Positions 40,532-53,769 of a stretch of 64,000 bases of DNA are shown here, piece after piece (positions within the stretch are counted from its first letter, which is position 1; each line of letters starts with the position of its first letter). Made by a program: the position numbers and the translations under genes. Below the pieces are notes generated by a model, which did no database searches, had not been told where the DNA came from, and was given only the letters and a program-made list of their open reading frames with translations. The DNA is from Lingula anatina (lineage: Eukaryota > Animalia > Brachiopoda), in the NCBI GenBank assembly GCA_051362555.1, contig CM120646.1:13640001-13704000 (forward strand). Reading direction: 5' to 3'.

Positions 40532-41340
40532 TCAACATCCCGGTGCTTTCTTACATTGGGGTCCACAAGCCCAGCTAGGGATACAACAGCGACACGTGTA
40601 GTCGTGCCAGTAGCACGCGTCGGAAGCATGCCTGCAACAGCCGCTGTAGTTGCCACAGCAACCACGGTCAGAGCCCCGGATGTGCCAGCCCGCAGAATAC
40701 GACACAAATAACCATCCACCCCCGGACTCACAGCCCGACACCCTGAAATTAAAGTAGAAAATGCATTCAACAGTTCCTTTGATATGATGGTCTGGGCACC
40801 ATTATAAATAGGCCTATGGCTGTTGCGTCCCCGGTGCCCGTGAAGCAGTTTGGTAGTCACTCATTTATTTTTGTCGCTGTTCATTTTTAATTCATTTTCT
40901 ATTTATAGCCTCAGCGCACACTGTAAGCTTTCAATACAGTTAGGATTTATCATTTTCTCTGGAGCCTTCCTTGCAAAGCAGGGCACAGTACATGTATAAG
41001 TGCACTTACGTATACAAAAAAATCATTGGACTATATGTTGTAAATTATGCTAAAAGCAAATAGAGATTTAGGTATCAGACAAATATACCGAATATTCTTC
41101 AATCAGAATATTTTATTTTATTTTATTCTGAATTGGCTTCATAATCCATAATTAATAATACCAAAAGTACAGATTTACGTACTTGCAGGTCGTGGAGCCG
41201 CAGGCTTTTTGGCGAGCAAGACCTTTGGTTAATGTATAGCGTTTCTGGACTGAATGAACTTGGTTCCTTGATCTCTCACTGGTTACTTCCACCAAATGCA
41301 CCAACAGTAACAATGCAGCGGCGGTCAGTGCAATTTTCAT
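40532..41340 (-). CDS. Secreted cysteine-rich peptide precursor, 122 aa, 14 Cys
   Basis: Exons 41340-41183 (phase-2 donor AA|gtacgt) and 40742-40532 (acceptor aatttcag|G) join in frame: MKIALTAAALLLLVHLVEVTS-ERSRNQVHSVQKR-YTLTKGLARQKACGSTTCKVSGCESGGGWLFVSYSAGWHIRGSDRGCCGNYSGCCRHASDACYWHDYTCRCCIPSWACGPQCKKAPGC*. AATAAA downstream (~40300); 5'-UTR acceptor near 41362. Confidence 0.82.
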
Positions 41341-41931
41341 GGTTTTTTAGCTTGTAAAGTTCTGAATATAGAAAAAAAATAATTATGAATCAAAGTAACA
41401 CCTTCAGTTATATGAATATATATTATTGAAGCAACTGAGCCTGCGAAATAGTGACAGAAGCAGTGACATGTAATCTTTTTAACCAACATAATCTAGAAAA
41501 CTTATAATACCAGTATTAAACTTATTTTAATTTGTACACTAAATTAAAGCTATCCCTGCTGACAAAGCTTTCGAGCACTGCGTGGCCTGCCTCATATACC
41601 CTTTACTTTAAATAAGTGTAGAAATAACTGAAAATTTTAATTTCAAAAGTTACCAACAGACTACGCAGATAAATTTCCATCAGATTAATCTCAAATAATC
41701 TTAAGATGCTGCACATACATCCAGAAATATCAAACCTTTTGGTCCAAATGGGTGCGTATATCAAAGGCTGAGCTGTTGAACTTCCAGCGTATCTCGTCGA
41801 GACTGAGCACCTAATAAGTTTGTCGTCGGAGCACTTTTCTGCCCACGACCAGTGCTTTGAACAACATAATAATTGCGTCCGTATTCAAGGTGTGAAATTA
41901 TATGGGCTCATGGTATTAGATAAGATAATTG

Positions 41932-42074
41932 TACCCTCTACAAATTAAGGGTCACAGATCGATTTTTCACTATATATTCACAGATATATGTCTCCGGCGA
42001 ATTCATGGCACATGTCTCCATTGTCGCGTTGGAAAAAATTGCATATAATTTATATCCGACCCTGGTAGAGGGTA
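41932..42074. mobile_element. MULE-like MITE family B (taccctctac...gtagagggta termini)
   Basis: TIRs taccctctac/gtagagggta with degenerate 9-bp flanks agataattg/acataatta; the same terminus occurs at ~958-974 and 52498-52627, and a fragment at ~42438. Confidence 0.6.
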
Positions 42075-43456
42075 ACATAATTACACTCTTGTATATATAT
42101 ATGTCGCATTCAGTGGACAACTTGTTCTGCAACAAGTAACGGATGGTTAACTTGCGGAAGTATAATTATATACGACGATTACGGGCCCTATAGTATGCTG
42201 TTAGTCTCCAACGCAGAGGTTGCTCCAAGTCCGTTTAGAATTTCTGAATTGATATTTCCGTATTTCTGAAGTGATATTTGAGATGATCAGGGAGAACGCG
42301 TTCTTTACCAGATATGCCCGTTTCTTGTATATTTGTCTGTGAAGTCGATTTTTTATCTATACTATAGTGTAGGAGTTTTAATGAACAGGATATACAAAAG
42401 GCCTCTGTGATATCGAGGGGGGGGGGGGGCTTAATTATCCTCTACAAGGGTCACAGGTTGATTTTTCACAGATATGACTCTGGTTCATTCATGACCCTTT
42501 TATCTACTCGCGCCTGAGAGAAATCTGCGACAGGATGACGCTTTTCATCTTCGGATATTGTTATCTCTTTACTCTCCCTCAAATGGATCTGATTAAGAAA
42601 AAGATTATTAACAGCCGTACCGTCCCGGTCATCCGATCATTTATGTTTTTGATGTATCAAAGTAGGCCTACCGGTACATGTAGAGGTCTATCGTTGACCC
42701 ACTCCTTACGGGCATCCCACGAAAACAAAATACCTGTTTCCTTTTGAGTTCAAAATGTTTTTCTTGGTATTTGCACTGATCAAGAGCCCCCCGAGCAATG
42801 TCAAAAATTTCATTAAACAAGTAACAACTATGCCGTGTACTTGCTCTCCACCTCCAAAAAGGAGAGAATTGATACTTTTAAAAACCATATAAAGGTAACT
42901 TTGAAATGTGGTCTTTCTTATTAATCTTATCATTGCCACAGGACTACCAAAGACAATGCAGCCATGTTGTTATTTGAAGAAAATTATGTGCACTGAGATG
43001 ATGATTTCATTTTTCATTTATTTATTTATGATTTTTGCATTAAAATCTTTTTCACCTTGGAGTGTTTTTCTCGATAAAAAACACAAAAAAGGCCTGAGTC
43101 AAATATCTTTAATTTTACTTCTCTTTACGTAATGTATAAAAATTGTAGAAAAATAATCTCATTATCAATTTCTATAACATTTCGATTTGATAACGGACAA
43201 ACATTGTACATTCGTTAAAATTCAGATTCTGATTTCTTATATGGTCAGAATGCTGTTAAAATGATTGAATATTTAAAGATATCACAGCAATAATATATAT
43301 ATATATATATATATAAAGATCTTCATGAAAGTGAAATAAAATATGTAACTGATTTACGCATATTTTAATACTTTAAAAGTGTTTTAAAGAAGCGCTTTCC
43401 TGTAATAATGAATAATTTTTTGCATTTTTTATCATGATACTGCTATACTATACTAT

Positions 43457-46400
43457 TTAAGAAAGAATTTCAAGCCAGTCTATGTTTTCGAGAAGGAGTC
43501 TAGCGGCATTGAAAATTGGACTGAACATTCTGTAGTACACCAAAAATCCTCTCCTATTGCGTCTTCTCTGCACCCAGTGAGGTGGTATGACAAATTTCTC
43601 CTTTGGTTTTGGAGTGCGTTCACGAACTTTCTTCACCACGTCCTGAACCAATTTACCCAAATTTGTATTCGCCCTCCACACAACCATGTGGGCCAGAAGA
43701 CGGACAGACTCCACTGGCATCTTTGGGTGGACGCTGGTGATGCGCTCCTTAGCGTCCATCAACTCCAGGTGAAAATTCACTTCGTCTTCGTCCGCCTGCT
43801 GCTGTTCGGGTGTTTTCGGCTCCTCCGGCAGTGCCTGGTGAATCTCAACCCAGGTCTTGCTCTCCGGGTAGATTTCTGGAGGTGGCAGGTCGTGATCTGG
43901 GGCCGTAGGAGCGAGATTCTTCATCATGACAGGCGCAAAATTGCTGTATATGATATGGTATTCTCCCTGCACCGTCTCATCTGTTGGGTCTAATTTCACC
44001 GCCATCATCTTCATACGTATGTACTCAAGTTTAGTAAGGGGCACGTACGGTCCCTTAGGTAGAAGGTAATGTGACGGGACTGCGTAACGCTCCTTGGCTG
44101 ACGGTGACTTCTCCCCGGGATCTGATGCCTGTGGAAAATATATATTATTTATTATTTTATAATAACACAATTACGTAGAAAACAGCTCCATCAACACTGA
44201 TATCAAACTGCAGTGGGTAATAAAAAATGTATTTGGATTAGTTACAAAATTTCCATTGCTTCTCAAATTAAACTGTCAATGGATATCAGTTCAAATTTAA
44301 TCAATATAGTAAAACAATGTACATGTGTAGATAGTGTAAAAATCGTAACCTATAAAAATTTGTGTTAAAACAATTAAGTGAATCACTTTAAGAATATTTT
44401 TCGTACGAAAAAGAGACATTGATTAGGTATCAGATATGTATACATACTGGGGCGGTGAAAGAAAGGTCAATATCTTTCCCCTCTGTGCCATCACTGCGTT
44501 CTCCACCAGCTGTCTCCGGTTCACTCACAGCTTTCAAGTCCGAAATATGGGCATTCTCCTCTCCGTCAACTTCATCTCTGGCGGAGAGGAAACTTTCCTC
44601 ACTGCTGGACGCCTCTGCCGCGTCACTCCCCACGGTTTGGTTGTTCTGTACCCCAGAGTGCTGTGTGGAGTGATCCGGCGCGTCGCTGTTGGCGATGTTT
44701 TGTGCCACAACCAAAGCCTCGGCTTCTCTCTTCTCTCTGCTGAGCTCCCAGGCCTTGGCTCTTTGCTCATTGATGTGACGGATGAGAGGTTTAGACCAGG
44801 CCTTAAACCTGTTTTCTACTCTCTCCCATGTATTGAACCGTGCGTGGATGAGATCGCGCTCTTTGTCAACGGCCTTCTTGTTCTCCTTAATCACTTCCCT
44901 CAGTCGTGCGCTCTCTCTTATAATTTGACGCTCCAGTTCCAGTTCCCGTTCTTGCAACTCGTAGAGTGAAGCGTCTTTCTCCCGCTGCCTTTTAAGGGAT
45001 TCCTGGTGCGCTTTCTTGGCTTTTGAGAGTTCTTCTTTCAATTCTTTGGTGCGTTTTTTCTCTAGTTTTAACTGCCTTCTCAGCGACAGGACCCTGTGTT
45101 GTTGACTGAGGAGGGATTTCTCTAGTTTTATCTGTGTGGCCCGGGAAATGCCTCCAGGAAGAGTGTCAACGATTAGTCTGGCCTGCCTTGCTTTTTTCTC
45201 TACAAAGAAAAGTACACGGGGCGAATTATCGAAGGTGCAGATTTCCTACACAATGTGGTAGTATTTTTAATTATACTTACCTAGTTCAAACAGTTAATCA
45301 AGACATTTATGGTGAAGTATGTATTCAAACACGAGCTATCAGCATATAGTCATTATCTGTCATCCAAACCCGCTTACCTCTACGGTAAGACTCTCTTTTC
45401 ATCACCAAAGCTAAAGCCAAGAACGCTACACCAAAAGTGCAGATATAGCCACAAACAACCAGGTGACACAGGCGTAGCAATGTGCGTTTTGTACAGCGCC
45501 GCCAAATTGCGCCCGTTTTGAAGGCCATCCAATCCCTAACCTCGTGCAAAAAGGCTGCAATATGATAAAAATAATATAGAAATACAATAATATTAACAAA
45601 TCCGAATAAGTTAATGAACCACTAATCACATAAAATTTGACAAACAAATTCAAACATGTCAAACCTTGTTTTCATTCGGTTTAACTTCTGAAGTATGTTT
45701 ATAACCAAATGTGGACCTTCTGCTTAAAGGACAACTCAGTGGGTTAGATTAATGTATAGAAGCAGGTTCTATGTAAAACTTTGATCAGATTTGTGTTTTG
45801 GGAGATTGTTTATTATTATATGAATAAGTCTGGGTCACAAAAGTCCTGTTAAGACAACTAGAATAAAGAATTAGAAAACGAAAACTATTTATCATGATTT
45901 CGGAGCACAGCCAGAAGTACTTCCGGCTCAAGGTCACGACCTCGATTTTCCCACGCTTACGACCAATCACAGCAGGCTTCAGTCAGAATGAGATAGACGT
46001 CACGACTACACAGCGAAACTTGTCAGACATGTAAGTGCCGCCTGTCCATCTTTTCGGTACATGTACCGATCAAAACAGAAAACGTAAAGCCCAAAACGCT
46101 CTTATACACGTAACAAACTTTGTATGAGCACAAATATTGTCATTTATTGTGAACAGGATAATATGATAATCAGACACACTTGAGACCTGTGAAGCGCATA
46201 CTCACGTGTCGAGGAGTAGTTTCGCCATTGCCTCGTATGTGAGTCCTAACTCAGCTTTAAGTGTCCTCCACCGCCCCACCTCCCTCCCAACATACACAGT
46301 CTGAGTGCTTCTTTGTCTGTCTCTAATTTTCTTTCGTATCTTTCGAACTGGAGTGGCTATTTTCTTTCGCCCCCTTTTGTCGCTCTCCTCTTCAGACTTG

Positions 46401-49400
46401 ACGCGCGTCTGAGCCATGTTTGCTGTTTTGGCGCCAAATAGTAACATCCGGGTCTCAGCCGTAGTACTTCATTCATAGTAAACCGCGAGACTTAACGAGA
46501 AATTGCGCGTTCTGAAGCCGTACTGTGAGGTGGTAGCTGAGTATTTAAGACGAGTCGTCTTTTATTATTTAATGGAACTTAAAAACGGTATTAGGTAGCT
46601 TCATTTTCTGAACGGTTTTGGATAGGATATACCTTGGTCATTATGGGGAAATTGGTGAGTTTTCCAGGAAAATTCATTTTCGTGCTATTTTAAGGGTTTA
46701 ACGCGCTGAGACTGTCTTTAATAACCTATTTTCTCAACTTTTTAATATTACAAGAAAAACTGGCACGTACCGGTAATAACTTCTGGTCCCAGTGTCTGTG
46801 TAAATCTAACAGTGATTTTGTTTCCCAAGTCAAGGGCTTCCTTGTAAGCCTCCTCAATAGGCCGACTAAGGGTTTCGATTGTGTCAATCAAATGCTGGAC
46901 GAAGCTGTGCGGATCGTCCAATATCGTCAGGAGAGGATCGATGACGTATTTATCCAGAAATTTCCCAGTCTTTACCATGAAGCTGTCCAGGAACGACGAG
47001 GTGTCAAATGTCAAGAGACATACGTTGTATGCGAAAGGGTTTTCATAACCGGCGCAAGCTTCCTCTCGGGGGTCGGTTGTTGTTGCTGATGTTGAGAAGA
47101 GGTCCGTAAGTGACTTAAATCCTCTCTCTGGAAACCCAGTCACCGACTTGGCCCATGCAGATGCTTCAAAAATTCCTTCACAACCAAGTTTCACCAGGCT
47201 GGAGGCGTGGTGACCGCAGGCTTTTTCTTTAGGCGAGACACCCGAGAGGAACCGATGAACCCTCAACAGACCGTCCCTCAGGTGCGGCGTTATCTTTTTC
47301 CCGTACTGCCAAGCTTGTTCAGACGCCCAGTCGAACGTTTCCCGTGTTGTTTCATTGACTCTGTCCACTGCAGATATAAAAAGTCACTATAGTGTGAACA
47401 GTCAGTGCCATAACACTGATTCATCATACAACAGAATAAATGCACACGTCTACAGATGCCGCAATAGATATGGATCTGCTTAATTGTTTTTTTTATTCAA
47501 TTTAAGTTACCACAAGAAATCTAGTGAATGTTTAAGCAGAACTACTTTTTTTTTTTTTTTGGTACAGCATGATGACTTTTAATTTTTCTAAGAAGCGGTG
47601 TATTTGTCAGGAAGAGCCAGGAAACTGTGATATACCTATTAAAGTGGCAAGCTCGCCCCAGTAGCCGTACATGTCTGCTTCACTAACCAGTGGTGGTTTG
47701 AGAATTCTAACAGGGTCGCTTGGGAGGACTGAAATAAATAAATAAATAAATAAATAAATGAATAAATAAATAAATAAACAACATATGTTAAAATAATTTA
47801 GTCGCACTGAAACGATATGAAACGTTTGAACTTAACATATACAATGTATACGTAACGAGTCCATCTTTCAATCAGGATGATAAGACGATGCTTATGAACA
47901 ACATAATGCGAATACAACAGGTTAAATGTGTAGGATTCACAGCTATGCCTCAAAGAGATTATATTTCTTTAGATTATAGTGTTGAGAAAAAAAAAACGAA
48001 TCCTACCAGTATCAAAACTTTTGCCTATATCCGGTCGTCCACGTGCTACATCGTCCGTTAACCTGCCCCAGCACTGCGTGGTGTTAGAGACACTCCAGGT
48101 ATATGCTGTACACCTTGAGGCAAACGTCTCTGTCCTCTTGTCCCTACCACACTCAGTTGCCACTTGGGTTCGTGTTCTAACCCTACTGTCTCTCATCTCT
48201 GAACGGTGACCTCAATTATAAATAATAAACCGTATTTATTAATTGATAGACATATATATTAATAAGAACGTACTGTTGAAAATAGGTTCTGTGAACCCTA
48301 GGGCACCAGTTGCTTTTATTATAGCTTTCTTATTATAAAAAGCAAAATGAATGCTAACGATTCAACTGTCCTCAAAATTAGGGAAACTTTTCGTCAAAAA
48401 GACGCGGAGTTGTATGTTGGAAGGTTGCGCATTTTAGGACTTAAAAACAAAATGTTAATGTAATTTAGTGAACTGCGTAAGGACACTTTTGAAATATATA
48501 TCACTCGCTCATATATTAGGTAGATTTGAATTCCAGCCTATTTTCAAGTTTTTTTTTCTTATACGCAGGTTATGTAAGGCAATATCCCAGCATACCATCA
48601 GTTGTCAAGAAGTCCATCAGTTGTCAAGAAGATGTCAGATTGGTATGACCCTTGAGTATCTCAAAAATGGTTTGACGAAAGGAAATTTGCGATCTATAAC
48701 GTAGTATTTAGGGCCTACCGGTAAATCCGTTTTGCGCATTCTTCAAAAACGTCTTGATATCCTCTTGGATAGAGTTAAAGCCAGCTGTAATCCATGACAC
48801 GATGTCGCCAAAAGCAAAATCTGAAAAATCACAGGCTGGATTTTGCAGTTATCCACTTCGTCAAACGCAAAATATCTATGTAATTTATAATTAGATAACA
48901 AATAAGTGACTTTTGAATCAATTGGGCTTCGGCCTGTCCTATCCTATTTTTATCCAGAAATATTAATGTTTTTAAAAACCTGTGAAAATCTCGTAAAATA
49001 ATAAATGAGGGAAATTATAAATGTTAGAGATTTGATGCATGTGCACTTGAACTTATTTATGTTTATGTTTACATGTACATATTCTCTATGTCAAAAGAGA
49101 GAAATAAATAAATGAGAAAATGACAATACCAAATAAAATTGAAAATAAGCCCAACTTTATTGAGAATAGCCTAGAATAATCACTGCTTACCGCTGGTGGT
49201 CCTGGTCCTTTGAGCAGGAACCTGGTCAACCAAATCACACCGGTACAAAGCCCTGGCGGCATCCAAACTCCAGACAGCTGAAACAGATGCCTCGTGTTTC
49301 TGTTCCGTGGAGCCAGCAGCTCGTCCCTTGACTCCAGTACGCTGCAGGGCCTGGTGCCCGAGCTCTGGCTGTGCGCACGTACGTGCCTGGTCAGGCTCAG

Positions 49401-50318
49401 CGCTGGATGCTGTGATGATAAGGAATATATTCTACATTTGTCTAAGAAATCAGGAGCGTCTCATATTTTATTCTAAATGAAATACCAAAAGTAGCCTAGC
49501 CTTTAGTTACGATTGCATTATTCGTGAAAATTGAAATCTAACATGAATTAAGATTTTTACAGAAAAAAAACCTCCAGCAGTCTGTTTATGTGGTTATTTT
49601 TCTTTAAGTTATTATGATAACTTACAATGAAAAATAATCATCATTGAAGTGAATGGAATAGATATTATATCTGATTAAAATACTAATAATCCGAATGGAG
49701 AAGTTAGAAATCACACTAGATAAACTTACGGTAAATTGCGGTTTACCTAATAACGTACATAAGGTAACCTATGCCTCATATCAATATATAAAACTGCTTA
49801 CCATGTCTTGATGCGAAATTACTGTCAGCATTACCAATGACGTAAATATCCGTGGCCAGCAGATCTTCAGTGGTCAGCGGAAGGGTTATCTTACCCACTT
49901 TTGCCACAGGGGCAACAATGTCGGCAAGTGGAGTAGTGTTATTTCCACTAAAATGGAACCCAAAAAATTCCAAGTAAAGTTTTCGTGGATTTGTCTTAAT
50001 TGCTTCATGTAATTAAAGATGAAATAAGTGTAATTAGCTTCTATATCTGAACTGCTCGGCAAAGTGCTTTCTAAGAGATGTAATGTCACGCCTATAGTAG
50101 AAAACTTAGAACACGTTATTTTGAGTAACGTGCATGGAAATATCTTAAAATGACTTTGTACTTACGTGCGTATACCTCAGTCCATCTAAACATCTATCAT
50201 ATCACATTCTTTCACTTCCATAAACTTACCTATTCTCCTGTGGGAATGTCCGCAGGAAGTAGCGATCGAATAACGCTACAGTAATACAGTATATAAAGAA
50301 TAATCTCCTTGATTTCAT
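43457..50318 (-). CDS. Uncharacterised ~957-aa protein with hydrophobic N-terminus and coiled-coil segment
   Basis: Nine exons 50318-50230, 49947-49802, 49409-49191, 48820-48719, 48210-48007, 47728-47636, 47367-46771, 45199-44448, 44128-43457, all GT-AG and phase-consistent without stops; incorporates track ORFs 46748, 44430 and 43457. No family recognised. Confidence 0.7.
45728..46717 (-). mobile_element. Kolobok-like non-autonomous DNA transposon (~990 bp) in an intron
   Basis: TTAA on both sides (45724-27, 46718-21), AG...CT termini, imperfect 19-bp TIR (aggacaactcagtgggtta / rc agacagtctcagcgcgtta); internal ORF 46202-46417 with VGREVGRWRTLKAELGL..MAKLLLD, a motif I associate with DNA-transposon accessory proteins. 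Confidence 0.6.
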
Positions 50319-51229
50319 CGTAAAATATACGCGAAGCAATACACAGCAACATCCATGTTGCCGAAATGCGAAATGCGCTATGAAACTATAAACAAACGAC
50401 ACGTCACATGTTTTATGACGTCACACTAAGAAGAAGACGTATTGCGTTTGACGTATAAATCTAGGCGGACAATTGTGTAACAAGCAAATTGGAAAAGCGT
50501 AGGGAAAAGTCAACAATTGATCTGCTATTGTTAAAGAAATCCATTTGCCATTTGTACACTGTTTAATTCGTGAAGAATTTTTTTCTTGCTTTTTTCTTTT
50601 TTTTTTCATTCTTTTTTTTTTCGTGGGGATGGGGCGGTACAAATACATTGTTGATATATGTTCATAACAATTCATTCTTTAATACATTAATGTTTTTCAA
50701 ATGCATGACACAAAAGAATGAAAGATGTAATTCTGTCATATATTAAATCCAAAAATCAATCATTTGTGCTTTCGGGATGACTCATATGTTTTACTCGTTA
50801 GCATAGCATAAAAAAAATGTTATTACAAGACAGATGTGAACAAGTCATTAATGAACTTTATTTTCCATTTTACAATCATCGATGTATTCAATTAATAAGG
50901 CCTAATTTGTTATCAATTATTACCATTTAGTTGCATTTTGAGGACGATTCCACTTCTCGTCAGTTAGCAACATCGCCTGCGAGAAGCTAAGTTTATGTGC
51001 ACACAGAATGAATGTATCTTAAATTTATAAAAGACTGCTTAAATGCGTTTGCGGTTGAAAAACCGGGTGGGAAACGAAGATAGGCTCTGTAGCTAAGACT
51101 TTGCTTGGAACCCACAAAAGTCTCCAGGTTTGACAAGATTGTTAATTTTCAATCCATTCATTCAAGATAGCCGAAGACCCTATATCAGAGGGTAAGTTGC
51201 CGACAGAAAGACGGAGAGATGCGGCTTCA

Positions 51230-53590
51230 TCAGCGGCTGTCTAAGCTAAGTCTCTGGTAACTCTCCCTATAGCTGATGGTGAGAGGTATACTGACAACAA
51301 CTGCTGCTACCAGGACCCAATTCATGTACTGGATATCTGAATACACGACAAAATAATGATGTTAGGTACATCATTCAAAACGACCAGTGAAAAAGAGTTT
51401 TAAATGTAAAGCTGAGAATGAACATTAACTTAAATTAATTTTTTTTACTATCAAGCTGATCTACAAAACTCGTAATGTTCAATTCCGAAAACATGTTGAT
51501 TGATGCCGTGCATGTATGAAACGTTAAATTTGTCCGCCTAGTACATGTTGTAAGAAAGGCGCATTAAAACCTGAAAATTATATCTTTGTGTGTGCGAGTG
51601 TGTGTGTGTGTCGTGATGTCTTCGGGGGGAAGGGGGGGGGCAGGAGGCGACAAGCATTATGCTTTACCTACCAACTTGAGGTATCATAAACGAGAAGAAG
51701 AAGATGACCGCCACCCCGTTGTACAGCGCGGTCAGTAATCCAGCAGTGACCCCTTCGGCCACGGGATAACTCGCCTCACACGCCAGCTCCAGCCCAAACG
51801 GCTGAAGTGCTATCTCACAAATGCCTCCCAGGATGATAGAGATGTAGGTCATCGCTGAAAGAAACAAGACGTAATTTTCGCATACATAAAGATGTCCAAT
51901 GATCTGAGCAATGTGAGATAAATAGATAGATATGTTTTTATTCTGAATTGTAAGCAGAGACGCATGTAATTAAGAAAACATTTTATCACTTTCAGAAAAT
52001 CAGCAAATCAAGCAGTCAAAGATATATTAAGAACACCAATGAGAGATACAACATATAGGTTGATTGGTATTTGGCCAGTCCAGGCAGTTATTTATTTATT
52101 TATTTATTTGTTGGTTTGTTTGTTATGACTCAATTGAGATTGTACGACATTACTTTAAAGTGGCAGGTAATCGATCGAGTGACTCGAAGGTGTGATAAGA
52201 GGACTAAAATAAGACGCTAACAAGAATGTATAGTAATCAGCTACGCATAAACGAATTGCGTGAGTTTGCAAAAAGTGAAGTAATTTTGAAAACAAGATAA
52301 GCGCCGTTTCTATTGTTTCGAATAAGCCAGATACCAAGCGCAACGCTCTGACCTGGATTACAAAACAGCCTGAAAATTCTTTCTTCATTTTTTTTTTTTA
52401 GAAAATGAAAACTAGGCCATTTGCTCGCGTCAGGTCATTTAGCTTGCCAAGAGTAAAATGCAACTTTGGGAAACCTGCCGCATACGTATATAGTCCTTGC
52501 CCTCTACCAGGGCCGCAGTTATTAATGCGGACATTTTTTGCTGAATTGAGAGCCAAAATGTCTATTTATCTTTTTAGATATCTGTGAATATCTGTAGAAA
52601 ATCAATCTGTAACCCTGGTAGAGGGTATATAGTCCTGATGCTTGAACAATCGGGCATCAGGCACTCACATATACCCGGGTCGCACTGAACCAGCGTGGTG
52701 GGTTATTACGGTTGAACTCTGTACAGCATGACAGCACGCTGCACAAAACCTTCGAGCGCGGAGAAGTCTTTGAAGGCCATCTACAAGCAGTGGCGTGACA
52801 GACTGGGATGAAGATGAAGATGAAGATGATGATGATGATGATGATTTGCAATAGGAAGAACAAGAACAAAACAGTAATTACCAATCCATCCAGGAACAGG
52901 TGGCAAAACAAACGTTTCTATCAATGCAGCAAACCAAGTGTACGACCCGGCAGACACAAATAGCAGTATGATGACTGCGGCCTTTAAGTGACCAGCAAAT
53001 AAATCAGAGATCCTAGAAATACACGTACCCGAGTAGTAATAACAGTTTTATTTTTACTATCAACAAAAGCAAACTGACATCTTAACAAGTTTTTTGCAAC
53101 AATTACAACAACACGTGGTTCACTGTTCACATTAAAAAAGGTAGCTTAAACGAAACGAATTATTTTATCAAACATACCTTGCAAAAAGAACTGCTACCAA
53201 AATTCCAGCAATTGAACTCCAGAAACCTAAATACGCTGCCTCATCCTACAAGCAATGAAATATTTATTTCGAAGTTAATTCAAGATTAAAGGAAGAAAAA
53301 GGCTTTTTAAAATGTACGCTTTAGATTAAACATGATCAATATCGCATAGTAAACTTTGGAATGTGATTGAACATTAGTAAGCAGCAGGGCTTACCTGTGA
53401 CACTTTGTCTTGAAGAATAACTCCTAGTAACGACATCCAGGACCCATACACCCCCGTTAATGCGTATGGGACGCCGATGGCAAACACTTGGTATTTTCTG
53501 CAACAAAACAGTAACACGGAGGGTAAAGGCCTATGCCAATTTTAAACAATAGTATATTTTTCGTCACCTTTCGTCACAGTAGCACGCGCA

Positions 53591-53631
<41 letters not shown>

Positions 53632-53719
53632 AGAGTAATCTCTGACCACAGGGTGCGCTGCAGTCTTTAACAAAATTTTTGAAAAGCAGTGTGATTTGTG
53701 CAGGATTTTAGGGGTGCTT

Positions 53720-53769
<50 letters not shown>

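Noticed and set aside
40501-40860. 119-aa Ala/Thr/Val-rich ORF
   Set aside because: Alternative frame of the Cys-rich exon; the phase-2 donor of the signal-peptide exon selects the Cys-rich frame.
43577-44969. 138-aa and 177-aa plus-strand ORFs
   Set aside because: Antisense shadows of the long minus-strand exons.
48560-48693. Candidate extra exon of the uncharacterised gene
   Set aside because: All three minus-strand frames reach stops after the putative acceptor; the model is open without it.
52657-52800. Candidate SLC49A4 exon after the (CAT)n tract
   Set aside because: In-frame TAG in the required phase; the exon at 53012-52882 fits the family instead.
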